A stretch of 64,000 nt of DNA from the human T2T-CHM13v2.0 reference genome, Homo sapiens (GCF_009914755.1 NC_060927.1), one strand, 5' to 3'; counted from the stretch's first letter, positions 32,605 through 47,230 are shown. Made by a program: numbers and translations. Notes: generated by a model from the sequence alone, not told the origin.

Positions 32605-32826
32605 ATTTTTAATTTTTATTTTTTTTGAGATGGAGTCTTGCTCTATTGCCCAGGTTGGAGTACAGTAGTGCTATCTCAGCTCACTGCAACCTCCACTTCC
32701 TGGGTTCAAGCAATTCTCCTGCCTCAGCCTTCTGAGTAGCTGGGATTACAGGCCTGTGCCACCGCGCCCAGCTAATTTTTGTATTTTTAGTAGAGACGGG
32801 GTTTCACCATGTTGGCCAGGCTGGTC
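32605..32826 (-). mobile_element. 5'-truncated AluS
   Basis: Stops at GGCCAGGCTGGTC; TSD TTATTATATCTT. Confidence 0.92.
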
Positions 32827-32980
32827 ATTATTATATCTTTTAAAAACTTCCTTTATGGTCACTTTGGTGGGAATTAAGGAAATAAAGTCGGAGACCCTCT
32901 GGTTCACTTTCTTATTTTGAAGGAGAATTTTTATTTTTATGTGCAGAAGAGCTCACATTATACATTTAATTCTTAAAAAT

Positions 32981-33118
32981 TTTAAATTTTATTATTTTTT
33001 GTAGCAGTTGGGTCTCGCCATGTTTCCCAGGCTGGTCTTGAACTCCTGGGCACAAGCAGTCTACCTGCCTTGGTCTCCCAAAGTGCAGGGATTATGGGCT
33101 TGAGCTGCCGCGCCTGGC
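32981..33118 (-). mobile_element. Alu left monomer (FLAM-like)
   Basis: Left arm only with AT-rich tail. Confidence 0.85.
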
Positions 33119-34177
33119 ATTCATTTAATTTTTAATCCAGTTTCATGGCAACTTGTTTGGCCTTTGTCTTTTCCAGGTGGGCTTGGCTGTGCAAGCCTTG
33201 GGTTTGTGGCCCAGGGCATTGCCTCCCCAGCAGTGCAGATCTCATCATATCTGTCATTGTTGTAGATCCTGATAGCTTTCACCATTCTAGCCAGAGAGAG
33301 CTCTTAGTTGTCTGAATTAACCAGTGAAGGTGAGGGTGGTGCAGATTTTTCTATGGCGTTTCCTTTGATAATTCAGTAGGGAGCCTCCATTCTATGCCCA
33401 AGAGAGGGAGGAAGACAGCCAACCCAGTGGATCCATGCCTTCTCATTTTCCACCAAGGTGGGGATGGTATTAACCCTGTTGGAAGGTCAGATGCTCTTAG
33501 CAGGGACTTCCCCTTTATCTGCAGCTTTCTCTAAATCCTGGGCCAACATCTGCAGCTTATTTTCTTGCTTTGGCTGTCCTTTCTCCATATGGACCAGCTT
33601 GAGCAGCTGAGTGGCTATTCGATGGCCCACGACCTGAGTGAACTGGCCTTCAAAGGCTCAGAGGAGATGGCTAGCCCTTTGCTACTTGCACTTGAATGAG
33701 CCATTATGAGAAAGATAGGATGGAGAATTCTGAGTGATCTGGGAGACTGAGAGACCTTTATCTTTTAAGACATGAAAGACAATGGAGGTCTGGCTGCTTC
33801 ACCCCCAATTCCCAGAATACAGTCCTGGTGGCTATCCAGATGTGTGTGGCTGAGATTTTTTTCCTTCTTAAACTTATTCCTCTTTGAGCCCTATCTTCTC
33901 TACTACCCAGTGACGTGACTCATTTGGAAGCCACCCTGTGCCTTTGTGATATGACAGCTTAGCATGTGACCAGCTTTTGAATGATTAAATCTGCAGACTC
34001 CATCAGAAGCAAGGAGTAATCTGTGAAGTCCAAACTCACAAAGTAGTTAAAGATGATTATAAATTAAAGAAGCACCACCTGGGCGGGTCTCTAAGGGACA
34101 TGGCATCAGCCCTGTGCTGAACAGTCCATTGTGTCATATCTTAGGGATTATGTGGCTTGACATTACTTGCTCTTTCA

Positions 34178-34345
34178 GCAGTAGCCCTCACTATAGTCCC
34201 CAACCAGTACCGTCAGCATCACTGGGAGCTTGTCAGAAATGCAAATTCTTGGGTCTTCAGACCTCAGAAACTCAGGCATGGGGGCCCAGCAATCTGTGTT
34301 CTAACAAGCCCTTCAGGAGATTCTGATGCTCTTTACTGGTTTAGA
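34178..34345. mobile_element. MER5A-like hAT MITE
   Basis: CAGCATCACTGGGAGCTTGTCAGAAATGCAAATTCT...GGGCCCAGCAATCTGTGTTCTAACAAGCCC...GATTCTGATGC. Confidence 0.85.
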
Positions 34346-36059
34346 TGATCTTGTAGACTGGTGCAAAAGTCAGTCCTTCTGGGTTTGGGGGTTGCTCCCA
34401 CATAGCCTGGAAGGAGGGAACAGTAGTCTTATCTGAGGCTTCCTCAGGGAAATAACCCTCCAGCTTAAGGCCTCTTATGCTATTGTTGAGCAGATTCAGC
34501 CTCTGATTTAGGAAAGTAGCCAATTGGAGCAAAAAGCATGATTCAGTCTTGAAGGAAAAAAATAACTTGGGCTACTCTGCGTCATGTGAAGAAGTAACTG
34601 GGTCTCGTGTGGATGCCAGTGATAACAGTTGGCATACTGGGGATTTCCTTCTAATCTTTATTCTGTGTGCATGCAGGATGTGCATTTAATCTAGTTGGGA
34701 TCCCATTGTATGCATTGTTCTGTATTGCCCCCTCCCCCATTATGAAAGAGTCCCGTGACACCACAGTGTTAAGGACTGAGGTGGTAAGGGCTCCAGGATG
34801 TCAGTGGCTATCAGAGGTCCCCAGCTCTGAGAAAACTGGTGGCTGAATGCGTAGTCCCCGAAGAAGTCATTTTCCCAAGGCATTTGGAGTTGTTGGTGCT
34901 ACTGGCACATTTTGGACCTCTGTTAAGGGGAAAGACAGGGGGAGCTGACTGACTGGGCTACTCCATTGCCATTTAGATTTCCTGACTCTGCAAGCTGGCT
35001 GAATGTTGCTTTTTCATGTGCTGCCTGGACTAAAGCTGTCTGATTCTTTCCTTCTGAACAATGGCTGTTTTTATGAGATCTTGCTTCTCCCAGGCAGTGG
35101 CCCACACAGTGAAGTCTTTTCTTTCCCGTTTGTGTAAGCTAGTGGACCTTATGGACTCTGTCTGGCTGACTTTTCTCTAATGTTTACAGTTCGTGTAGTG
35201 TGATAGCCGAGCTCATTTTCCGTGTGAAGAAAAAGAAAAGGTGGATAATGGACCGCCTCCCCCTCCCTGCCTCCAGAAAAAAAGGCACTCAGAGAGAAAA
35301 GACTGCAGTCCCATTCAGAGTCGGGTGGGGGGGGGGGGGCGGGGGATGGCAAAGGGGGAGGGTAAAAGAGGACCCTTAGGGCAAATGACTGTTCTGGGGA
35401 TGGGGTGGGGAGTCAGCCTTCTTGGGGGAGCTGGGGATACTTTGTGTAGGGCCCCATTCTGTGGTATGGGCTTCTTTCCTCCTGGACCCTGGTGTAGGCT
35501 GGAGAAATCAGTATTATGGAAGCCACTGCCTCCTCACCCCGCCCCCAGGATCTAGGCCCAGAGGACCTGGCAAAAGCTGGGTTGGCACCCACACCCAGGA
35601 CCTGCCCGAGCCAAGTCCACGCTGCCCCTGCCTGACCTGGGCTGGTCAAGTAGAGTAGGCCTGAACTGCCCGGGTGAAGGAGTATCCCAAGTCCATCATA
35701 CCGCCTTTCCCCTCCCTCACCAAGGGAAAATGAAACCCCACGTGCCGAGGGCTACCTTTGCTTTTTCTGTTACCTTTGATGGATTGACTGCTCATCCCAC
35801 ACAATTGGGACCAAAATCTCTGGCCCTGCAATCAGTCTGCCCTACTCTGATGCTTGCTTAAGCTGTGACAAAAGATACTTGGATGCACAAAGGTCTCTTT
35901 TGAGTTTAATTGGAATTTCTCTAAACACTCTGACTCTCCCTGAATCTTCCCTGTTTCCTAAGACCAACATCGTGGAGTCAGTAGATTTAGTGAGCACCTG
36001 CTAATTACCACTGGGGTGTTGAGGATTCAGGGTAGACAGCGACCTGTCCTTATAAAGCA

Positions 36060-36500
36060 AGCTAACATTTGAGTATGTATCTGTGCATACTCAATGAAAA
36101 ATGAATTTCATTATTTACCTGAATAACGAAATATTCAGGGCTCCTTATGTGCTAAGTACTGTGCTAAGCACTTTGTCAACATAATCAATAAATACTTTTG
36201 AAGTGAGTGACCTCCTTCAGCACCCCCTTTGGCTGGAGAGTCAGGCCTGGCTGGTTTCATGGTCCACCCTGCTGTCCTTCCTCATCTGGTGCCCCAGCCT
36301 GGTAGGCAGAGGCAAGGAGAGGCAGGTACAGGGTGCACCTTGAGAGCCTTGCAAGCCAGAATCAGGAGCTTGGGTTTTATTTTAGCAATGATAGGAAGCC
36401 GTAGGTGAGTTTAAGCAGGAGAATCATAAATAACTCACCCCAGGTCACCTCACCAGCAAATCAGTTATATAGCCAGACCAAGAACCAAGGACTTCACATT
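36060..36500 (-). mobile_element. MIR and L2 fragments
   Basis: TATGTGCTAAGTACTGTGCTAAGCACTTT; GGAGCTTGGGTTTTATTTT...TTAAGCAGGAGA; CCCAGGTCAC. Confidence 0.5.
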
Positions 36501-36853
36501 TCTACCTAGCCTGGTGCCTGGAAGAAGCATTCATTCCATTGGAAGACTCAGCTGTTTTCTATAAAAACAGCCTTCTCCTCTTTTACCACCATCGTACTTG
36601 TTCCCAGCATGGTAGAAATATTTTTGAAGTTATTTTATATATAGTAGAAATTGTATGTATGGTGAAAAGTGGAAATAACTTTTTTATTCCCTGAAGCAAA
36701 CATAACTAAGTCAGTGAAAGTTGAATCATTTTCCATTTTACAAACTAACCATTGCCATGATTATCTCTGAACTTTTGTTAATAATACAGCTGTGTATGCC
36801 CAAAGCTGTAGACTTAAATTTTTTTTTAATTTGTAAATGATCTACAGCAAACT

Positions 36854-36856
<3 letters not shown>

Positions 36857-36891
<35 letters not shown>

Positions 36892-37171
36892 AGACAGAGT
36901 CTCACTCTGTCACCCAGGCTGGAATACAGTGGCGCGATCTGGCTTACTGCAATCTCTGCCTTCCAGGTTCAGGAAATTCTCCTGTCTCAGCCTCCATAGT
37001 AGCTGGATTTACAGGCATGTGCCATCATACCCAGCTAATTTTTGTATTTTTAGTAGAGACAGGGTTTCGCCATGTTGGCCAGGCTGGCCTCAAACTCCTG
37101 ACCTCAAGTGGTCTGTCCTCCTTGGCCTCCCAAAGTGCTGGGATTACAAGAGTGAGCCACTGCACCCAGCC
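36857..37171 (-). mobile_element. Alu (AluSz-like) with long T-run
   Basis: About 34 T then dimer. Confidence 0.94.
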
Positions 37172-37309
37172 TGAATTTTAACACATGTATAGAGTCATGT
37201 AACCACCCCAAGGATACAAAATAGTTCTGACACCCCAAAGAAACTGCCCGTAAAACTCTCTCTCTTTATAAAACTCTCTCCCATAGACTTTTTAAAAAGC
37301 TTTGTTAAA

Positions 37310-38420
37310 ATAACAGCTTTATTGAGATATGATTAACATACCATTCAGTTGTCACATCTAAAGTATGGAATTCAATGGTTTTCAGTGTTTACAGAGTTGT
37401 GCAACATCACCACAGCAAATCTTATTTGTTGAGACAGGTTCTCTTGCTCTGTTGCCCAAGCTGGAATGCAATGGTGTGATCATGGCTTACTGCAGCCTCG
37501 ACCTCCTGGGCCCAGGCAATCCTCCCATATCAGCTTCCTGAGTAGCTGAGATCACAGGCGTGTGCCACCATGCTCTGCTAATTTTTTAATTTTTTTGTAA
37601 AGATGGAGTCTCCTTATGTTGCCAAGGCTGGTCTTGAACTCCTGGCTTCAAGCGATCCTCCTTCCTCGCCTGCCAAAGTGCTGAGATTATAGATGTGAGC
37701 CACTGTGCCCGGCCATCCACAATAAATTTTAGAACACTTTCTTCACCCGCAAAAGAAACCCTGTATCCATTAGCAGTTACTCCCCATTTCCCCCAATCCT
37801 CTAGCCCCAGGCAACTACTAATCTACTTTATGTTTGTATAGACTTTCCTCTTTTGGACATTTGTTATACATGGAATCATACAATATGTAGTCCTTTGTGA
37901 CTGGCTTTTTTCACTTAGCATAACGTTTTCAGAGTTCACCCATGTTGTAGTAGGTATCAGTACTTCATTCCTTATTATTGCTGTATAATATTCCATTGTT
38001 ATGTATTTTTAATATTTAGTTTATCCTTTCATTAGTTGGTAAACTTTTGGATTATTTCCACTTTTTGGCTATTGTGAATAATGTTGCTGTGAACATCTGT
38101 AGACTTTTTTTTATTGTGGACATTTGTTTTCATTTCTTTATGTTGATACCTATGAGAGGAATTGCTAGATCATGTGGTAACTCTGTATTTAACATTTTGA
38201 TAAATTGCCAGACTGTTTTCCAAAGTGGCTGCGCTATTTTACATTCCCACCAGCAGTGAGTGAGGGTTCTGGTTTGTCCATGTCCTTGCCAATGCTTGTT
38301 ATTATCTGTCTTTTTGATTATAGAAATCCTTGTGGGTATGAAGTGGTATCTCATTATGGTTTTGATTTGCATTTTCCTGATGGTTAATGATGTTGAGCAT
38401 TTTTTCATGTGCTTGTTGAC
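37310..38420 (-). mobile_element. L1 (L1MB-like) 3'UTR and ORF2 C-terminus
   Basis: ORF track 38130-38408 = KKCSTSL..MQIKTIMRYH..HCWWECK..QPLWKTVW (L1 ORF2p C-terminus). Confidence 0.92.
37422..37714 (-). mobile_element. Alu (AluJ-like) in L1
   Basis: Reverse-complement dimer. Confidence 0.93.
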
Positions 38421-39359
38421 TTTTGAAATTATTATTGAAATAATTATTGGATAACAGATGTTAAAAACATTTCAACAGAAGCAGAAATATTTTATATAAT
38501 TGATTTTAAAATTATATTGAGCAAAGTTATTAGCTGATTATTAAAGAGATTATTTTACCCTGGAGAATTATTAGAAATTTTGAAATTAAAAACATTCTTT
38601 TGTTTACCCAGAAATCTAGAAGAAAGGTTAAAATTTCCACTTTTTAATATTGTCCCAAGTGCAACATAAAAGTATGCATTTTTCATATCTTAACCTTTAA
38701 ATGTATGCCATGTTAGGATACAATATTGAGTGCTTGTATATTTTTGAATTCACAGTCCTTTTTTCTGCCCCGATTGTAATAATAGGCTATTCTACATCCT
38801 TCTTAATACCTTTTAGCTCAACATTTCTATTTCCAATATTAGGATTTTAAAAATAAAAATCTTGTGTGAGAGACAAAGTAAAGTACCAAAATTGCCTCAG
38901 TTAGAGGAGCCAGTTTTCTGTGGATTTGAACCAACCTGTAACCTGAGCCGTGCACAGCTGCCATGAATAGAACAGGGACCTGGTGAAGGGCACCTTCTGC
39001 CACTTTGGCCGATTGAGATCCAGCAACCTCCTGGCTGGCAGTGATCATGAAGATGGGAACTAGGACACTGGTGCATTTTAAGGTGCAGTAATTAAAGGCA
39101 CTCTAAATTACTCTTTGCTGTTTAGACCACCTGGGCTGTCCAGTGCTACTTTGGATACCAAGGAAAATGGAATATTCTTATGTAAATATGGATGGACCAT
39201 GAGCTCCTGGAGGGCTGGAATCCAGTTTTGTGCAATTGTTTTCTCCACAAAGACTGACAGTAGGTTCACGGTCCTGCTTCTTGAATGAAGGAAGAAGGGA
39301 AGGAATGAAGGGTGAATGATGGGAGTAACAGAAATTGATTGCCAATTCACATCCATCTC

Positions 39360-39700
39360 TGCCACACTTTCTTCTTTCCTAATAGAATCCAGATTTCATT
39401 CCATTCTTAAGCCTCCTTTGCAGCATGCTGGAGTAGGGGTTGAGGAGGCGTCCAGTGGGTATTGATTGGTCCAGGCCAATCACAGTGGCCCCATTCCCTT
39501 TGCTGTAGTTGTGACTGGGCCGATTGGGATCAGAACAAGTGGGCTGCAGTTTCCTGGGGAGGTTTTGTTATGTTTGCTGGTGATGCTGTATCTGCTGCTC
39601 TCATCTTGTGATCTGAGGAGAACCTGCTGGAAGGCGAGCACTGACCTGCTGTGTGTGGCCAAGCAGAAAGGGAGCAGACGAACTTAGATTCTGGGGTTGG
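39360..39700. mobile_element. Possible old ERVL/MaLR LTR fragment
   Basis: CTTTCCTAATAGAATCCAGATTT...GGCCAATCAC...CCATTCCCTTTGC resembles LTR33/LTR16-type sequence. Confidence 0.35.
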
Positions 39701-40274
39701 CTCTGTCTCATTTGCATCTTGGGCAGGCCACATGTCTCTCCTCCATCAAGTGTCCTGTAACCTGGAGAACTCACCCTGGTTCACCTGACACGTGGCCCAC
39801 ACCATGTTAATCAGTTTGTGCTTTTATTCTTAAGTATTTGAAGGAACCAGAAAATACAACCAACTGAAAGGCGTTTTCATTTTAAATGCCTGTAAACCTG
39901 AACATGTCATTCAGTGAGCTTCCTTGTAAAGCTGAACTCAAATATCATTTCCTCCTTTACTGCTACCCAGGTTTGCCCTTCGCCCCTTGGTTGGGTTATT
40001 TTTGCCACCTTTAAGCTCTTCTGGTTTGGCTGCTGCTTCTCTTACTGCTCTGCCACAGTGGGCATTTCATTGGGAAGTGAGACTTGTGGCCGGCTTCTGG
40101 GTAAAATACTCCTTGGAACCTCCTCATCTTTAAAATATAGATAATACTCATGTACCTTGGCAGTTGTGGAGATTGACGAAGACAAGGTTTGTTTGTAAGT
40201 ATGCTTTTGCCTTTAAATTTCATTTTATCATGTTCATCTTTATTATGATAACTGAGGACTGGAGGGAACCTTTA

Positions 40275-40608
<334 letters not shown>

Positions 40609-41047
40609 TAAAGTCAACCTGTCCTACCTCCTGGCTGATGCAGGGATCTCCCTTTAATGTCCATTGTGGGCCTTGCCCATTGTTTGGTGGCCCATTTGAA
40701 TTGTTGCGCTGAGCTCCCACCCCCACACACAACAGATCGTAAGATACGCCATTGCTTTATGTACCTCTAAGAAAGCAAAAAATGCTACAAAGTAAGCATA
40801 GTAAAGGACGATTGGCTATAAGACAAAATTCAATTTTAGAGATATTGAAATGTGAAAAAATGTGTATCTTAAGAGATTTACTCTTTACCATCTGCTCTGT
40901 GCTGCAATTTTTTTAAAGATAAAGTGCTAATTTACTGAATTTAAAATAAATCCAGGTGTGTATGCATGCGTGTATATATTTGTATGTATATGTATACACA
41001 CAAATATACATACGTATGATATAAGTAGGCTTTGGACTTCAGGGAAC

Positions 41048-41262
41048 TTTTTTTTTTTCCTTTTGAGACAGGGTCTTGTTCTGTTGCCCAGGCTGGAGTG
41101 CAGTGGTGCGATCATGGCTTGCCGTAGCCTCAACCTCCCAGGCTCAAGTGAATCTCCCCCTCAGCTTCCTGAGTAGCTGGGACTATAGGCATGCACCACT
41201 ATGTCTGGCTAATTTTAAAAAATTTTTATTAGAGACGAGGCCTCTTTGTGTTGCCCAGGCTG
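41048..41262 (-). mobile_element. 5'-truncated AluJ
   Basis: Ends at GCCCAGGCTG; TSD GGACTTCAGGG. Confidence 0.9.
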
Positions 41263-41719
41263 GGACTTCAGGGCCCTGTCAAGTGTGCTTCTGTGTGTAT
41301 ACAGATTTTGAGATTCCCATCCCTGCTCTCCACTCCAGGATAGGACCTGAGTTAACCATATTTTAGAAAGATAATGACTTGTCTTCATCAGTTATCTTTT
41401 TGATAGTCTTTATGAATTCTAATAAAATTTTCAAAACAGTGGCTAAAAGAGAACTGTGGCCTGTTTCTCCCTGTGCCTATCAGCAGGCCTCGGGGATTTC
41501 CTTTCTTCCTCGTGGACACTTCTGTGCATTTTCCTACAAGAATATACGTGACAGGTCATGTATAGTTTTCCTTCATATTTGTGTTCTATTAAAAAAATCA
41601 TCCAACTCAGAAAGCTTTTTATTTTCCAGAAAAAAATTTAAAAGTGACTTATTTCAGAGTATTTTTATTCTTCTACAGAGAGACAGCTAGCTGTGATGGA
41701 GGCTCTTCTAGGCAGGATA

Positions 41720-41900
41720 TAGGGTAACTTAGATTCTTGTTCTGGCTTCACCGTTTGCTTGTGGTACTTCAGTTTCTTCCTCTGTGCAGTGGGCATAATA
41801 ACGCCTGCTCCTTTGACTTCACAGATCATTGAGGAATGAGTGAGATTATATAAAGTAATATACTTAGTGTGGACAATGATACAATAAAGCATGGAGGACA
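41720..41900 (+). mobile_element. MIR
   Basis: CAGTTTCTTCCTCTGTGCAGTGGGCATAATAAC...TCACAG...TGAGGAATGAGTGAGATTATATAAAG. Confidence 0.65.
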
Positions 41901-42079
41901 GTGTTACAGGTACATAGCAATTCTGAAAGTGCTTGTTTGATATTAATCACTTCTTTCTTTCCCCCTGCATAAGAAATGTCTTTTCTTTTTAAAAAACATT
42001 CTGTTTTTTTCCCAATGATTCCAGAGAACCATGTCAATAAGACTCACAGGGGAAAGCCCATAGAAGGTTTTCAAGAAAT

Positions 42080-42420
42080 CCTGTTAGCAGTGAACAAAAC
42101 ACACAAAAGCTCCATCCACATGGAGCTTACATTCTATTTGGGAGAGAGGGGAAATAAACAAATGAGTATATTGTAGTGTATCAGAAGGAATAGCTTCTAA
42201 GAAGAAAAATAAAGGAAGGGGATGCCGAGGGGTTGAGATGTCAGTTAAGATATGAAAAAAGACAGAGATGGCTACAGCACCACGGTGGGGGGTGGGGGGT
42301 GGTGGTGGGTGAGGGCGGGTGGTAAAGGGAGATTCCAGGTAGAGGGAATAGCAGATACCAAGACCTCTGGGTTCTGAGGAGCAGGGAGGAGAGACGGGGC
42401 AGCTTTGAAACTGTGGGACA
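42080..42420 (-). mobile_element. L2 fragment
   Basis: CAGTGAACAAAACAC...CATGGAGCTTACATTCTA...ATTCCAGGTAGAGGGAATAGCA. Confidence 0.7.
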
Positions 42421-42577
42421 GGAGAGTAATGTAACGGTAGAGGAGTGCCTCTTTTTCCAGGCGTGGTCCCTTAGCAGTCTCACTGGTTTATAGTCTCAGT
42501 CTGTCATTGGGAACAAGCCTTAATGTGAATGTTGTCATATTAATATCACACCTGTTTGTCAGGTCATTTTTGGCTGC

Positions 42578-42882
<305 letters not shown>

Positions 42883-43049
42883 TTTTTTGTTGTTGTTGTT
42901 TGTTTGTTTTGCAGTTTTTTGGGGATCTCATCAGGTTCATTTAGGGCTAAATAAACTGACCCTCCAAGGGACTTAATGACTTATGCTGAAGGACCCTGTG
43001 AAAACCTAAATGGTATGCTTCAGGCCTGGAAGCTGACTTAAAAGTGCAT

Positions 43050-43167
43050 TTTAAAAAGTTCTTTGTTATGGTATAATTTTAGATTTATAGAAAAGTTACA
43101 AAAAGTGTGCAGAGTTCCCATACACCCTTGACCCAGCTTCCTCTAATGTTAACATCTTACGTAACCA
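43050..43167 (-). mobile_element. L1MC/MD-like 3' end fragment
   Basis: ATAATTTTAGATTTATAGAAAAGTTAC...GAGTTCCCATACACCC..ACCCAGCTTCC..TAATGTTAACATCTTAC. Confidence 0.7.
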
Positions 43168-43211
43168 TTGACCTTAAGTTTTCAAGTGATGGGTGTGTGT
43201 CTACATCTGTG

Positions 43212-43325
43212 CATGCGTGCATGCACACACCCACCCACACACGCACCCCCCCATGCACACCTCCCCCACGCACACCCCCCCATGCACACCCCACCCCCCC
43301 ACGCACACCCACACACACACACACA
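43212..43325. repeat. Degenerate (CA)n / C-rich simple repeat
   Basis: CATGCACAC / CACGCACACCC units ending in (CA)n. Confidence 0.85.
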
Positions 43326-44879
43326 GTGCCAGGGAGGCAGCCCTGTTGTCTGTCAGCCTTTTCATAGCTCATCATATTTACACCTCCTGGATACAGAGTG
43401 GACCCTGGCCATGGCAAAAGCAGGCAAGGAGCTACTTTGAAGCTGAAGTTCCAAAGCAGGAGATACGGGGAAAACAATCAGCTGCTACAGAGCTCTGAAT
43501 ATCATGTGAACCCAGTGCCACTTGAACTTTATTTAGTAGAAGATTGGCCTGAGACACTTAATATAGAAATCCCAGCCATCATGTGAGAATTCCATTCCGT
43601 GCAAGTACAAATACAAGAGAATTTGGGAATGTTCACTTTGGCTTGTGTTATGCTAAGTCATCTCACTTCTTTCCCATCTAATTTATGAATCAGAACACCA
43701 ACAATATATACCAGTTTATTAACTAATGAATCAGGAGCAACAAGCCCATCCATCTACCCATCTGCATGGATTTGAGCTTTATTCAGTAGTACTTTGCCTT
43801 GGAAATGGTCCAGGTTATTTTGGAAACGGATATTCAATTCAAATGATGACAGCCATTGGCACTCACTCTGGGGCTCAGGAGGGAAACCACGCCCTTCTAG
43901 GCTATTGCTGACGCCATCCCTCCAGAATGCAGCTGTCTCGGGTGGAGGCTCTGGGACAGCTGCTTCTGGCTAAGGCTGCCCATTTGGGAGAAGGGGACAT
44001 TGAAATTGCAAGAGGAGTCATGGCTGAGAGAGATCCTGCTCATATGTGTGGCAGGAATCCTACAGCAGACAAGATTTTGACAATGGACAAGTCACTCACC
44101 TTCTAACATGTCCACTTTCCTGTGGATGAAGTGGAATTTTCCAAAAGCAGGAGTACAGTGCTGCCTGTTACTCTTGTGAAACTCTCAATCTCTTGGTGAA
44201 CTACTGGTATTATAAAGGAGTGCCGTATTAGCGGAGGTGCAAACAAAATGCTTCAGTGCTTTTGATTCCTTTGGCTAAGGATAGGTCTTAATTTTGAATA
44301 TTTTTTTTCCTACTAGGGCCAATTTCAAAAAAAATCAAGTTTGCATTCACATGTTTAATAATTCCAGTTATACTTTTAGCATTAAAAAATATGCTTGTCT
44401 TGGAGACTATTTTTTAACATTTCAGAATCTACAAAACCAGCTTAAATACAGCATGACTATACTGCTACCCCTCTGAAAAACTTTGTATTTGAGTCCTGGC
44501 ACCTCTGAGGCTTCTTCATGTTGGTGGTTTTTATTTTCCTTTTCACTGACCATGCATGCTACTCTGTGTGAAATAGGGTTTGTGAAATAGGTTGTGTCAG
44601 CGCTATCTGTATGCCTTAAAACAAAGTATTATGCTGTTGAGAAAAAGCAAAACAAGGATAGGTCTTTAACAAAGACTATTTAGGCTGCTGCTGCCTAATA
44701 TAATTCTCATCAGTGAAGTCTTCACTTTGTTGGAAAACAGTGCCTGACACTCCCTTGTGTCCTGCCTGGTGGGACTTCCCTACAGCCCCTTGAGCTGTTT
44801 TCCAGGCTCTGCACTGCAGTGAAGGCGTGTTTGTCTTATGAGGGGATGTGCACTGCACTTTCACCTGTATTACCTCACT

Positions 44880-45030
44880 CCCCAGAGCCACCTTAGGAGA
44901 TGGATGACATTATCCCTGTTTTTGAGATATGGAGGACGTGCTTCAGAAATTTTAAGAAACTCAAACAAGGTCACACTGGTAGTGAGTAGTAAAGTCAGAA
45001 TTCCAGGCCTGGTTTTCCAGTACCAAATCC
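44880..45030 (-). mobile_element. MIR
   Basis: ATTATCCCTGTTTTTGAGAT...AAGGTCACACTGGTAGTGAGT. Confidence 0.65.
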
Positions 45031-45049
45031 AGTGCTTATTCTCACAGAC

Positions 45050-45241
45050 CATGGGTCAAATCCATCCCACCGCCTGCTGTTATAAATAAAGTTTTATTGG
45101 AATACAGCCACACCCATTCATTTCCATATTTTCTGACTGCCTTCCAGCTACAACTGCGGAATTGCAACGGAGACTGTATTGCCCTCAAGGCCTGAAATAG
45201 TTATTATTTTCCGCTTCGCGGGAAAAGTTTGCCAAGCCCTG
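45050..45241. mobile_element. MER58A-like hAT MITE
   Basis: AAATAAAGTTTTATTGGAATACAGCCACACCCATTCATTT...AAAAGTTTGCCAAGCCCTG. Confidence 0.85.
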
Positions 45242-45355
45242 CCCTAAGCCATTGCTGAAGGAGCATCCGGGTTTTGTCTGTCAGTACATTCCCCACTGCC
45301 CCTGCCCAACCAGGAATGCCTTTGTGATGCAGTTCTTGCTCTTTTGTAAAGGTGG

Positions 45356-46000
<645 letters not shown>

Positions 46001-46130
46001 TTCAGAGCACTAGAGATGGGAGGGAACCCATTTTACATGCCCAGCCCTTATTACTATCTGACCTGAGGGAGATCACAAATGCCTTCTGTATTGGGTGGTA
46101 ATGATACATCACAAAAATGCGAATGCTCGC

Positions 46131-46334
46131 AGCCGGGCGGGCGCTGTGGCTCAAGCCTGTAATCCCAGCACATTTCAAGCCTAGGTGGGTGGATCCCTTG
46201 AGCCCAGGGGTTTGAGACCAGCCTGGGCAACGTAGCAAGACCCTGTCTCTACCAAAAATACAAAAATTAGCCAGTCTTATAACCCGGTCTCAAATGAATA
46301 AATAAATAGAGGGATACAAATTAAAAAAAAAAAA
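46131..46334 (+). mobile_element. Shortened Alu: left arm + linker + short non-canonical 3' end + A-tail
   Basis: ...AAAATTAGCCAGTCTTATAACCCGGTCTCAAATGAATAAATAAATAGA...poly-A. Confidence 0.8.
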
Positions 46335-46723
46335 CCTTTAAAAAGAATTCTCTTACAGTCTGATGTCAATGTTGGAAGATTAAGAAATAAAATAAATTTT
46401 TGAACTTGCTGTCTGAGTTACCCAAATGTAATTTCTAAGAACTCTAAAATATTATCACCTAGAATCTAGGAAGCTACCATGTGATCCTAGACTAATAGCA
46501 TAGAATGAATGTTGCTTCATTATGAACTTATTATGGAAATACAAATACATAATAAATACTTTAAGCAGACTATAGACTGTTTCCTAAAATACTGAAGTTA
46601 AAATATTTGTGCTAGACTTCCTGATATGAAAAGCTTTTCTCATAATGATTTGTGAATTAATTTTACCATAGAATAGTAAGGGTATATTTTTAATGGGTTA
46701 AGTAGCTATACTTAAAAAATACA

Positions 46724-47230
<507 letters not shown>

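Noticed and set aside
33911-33922. Overlapping CRE-like/AP-1 motif TGACGTGACTCA
   Set aside because: A single short motif is too little to call a regulatory element.
38130-38408. 92-aa ORF matching the L1 ORF2p C-terminus
   Set aside because: A residual open frame in a truncated old L1, not a gene.
40955-41017. Imperfect hairpin in a TG/TA/CA-rich stretch
   Set aside because: Self-complementarity is expected from alternating purine-pyrimidine low-complexity sequence.
46131-46334. Possible BC200 retrocopy
   Set aside because: Lacks the BC200 unique C-rich 3' domain and has the normal dimeric-Alu linker.
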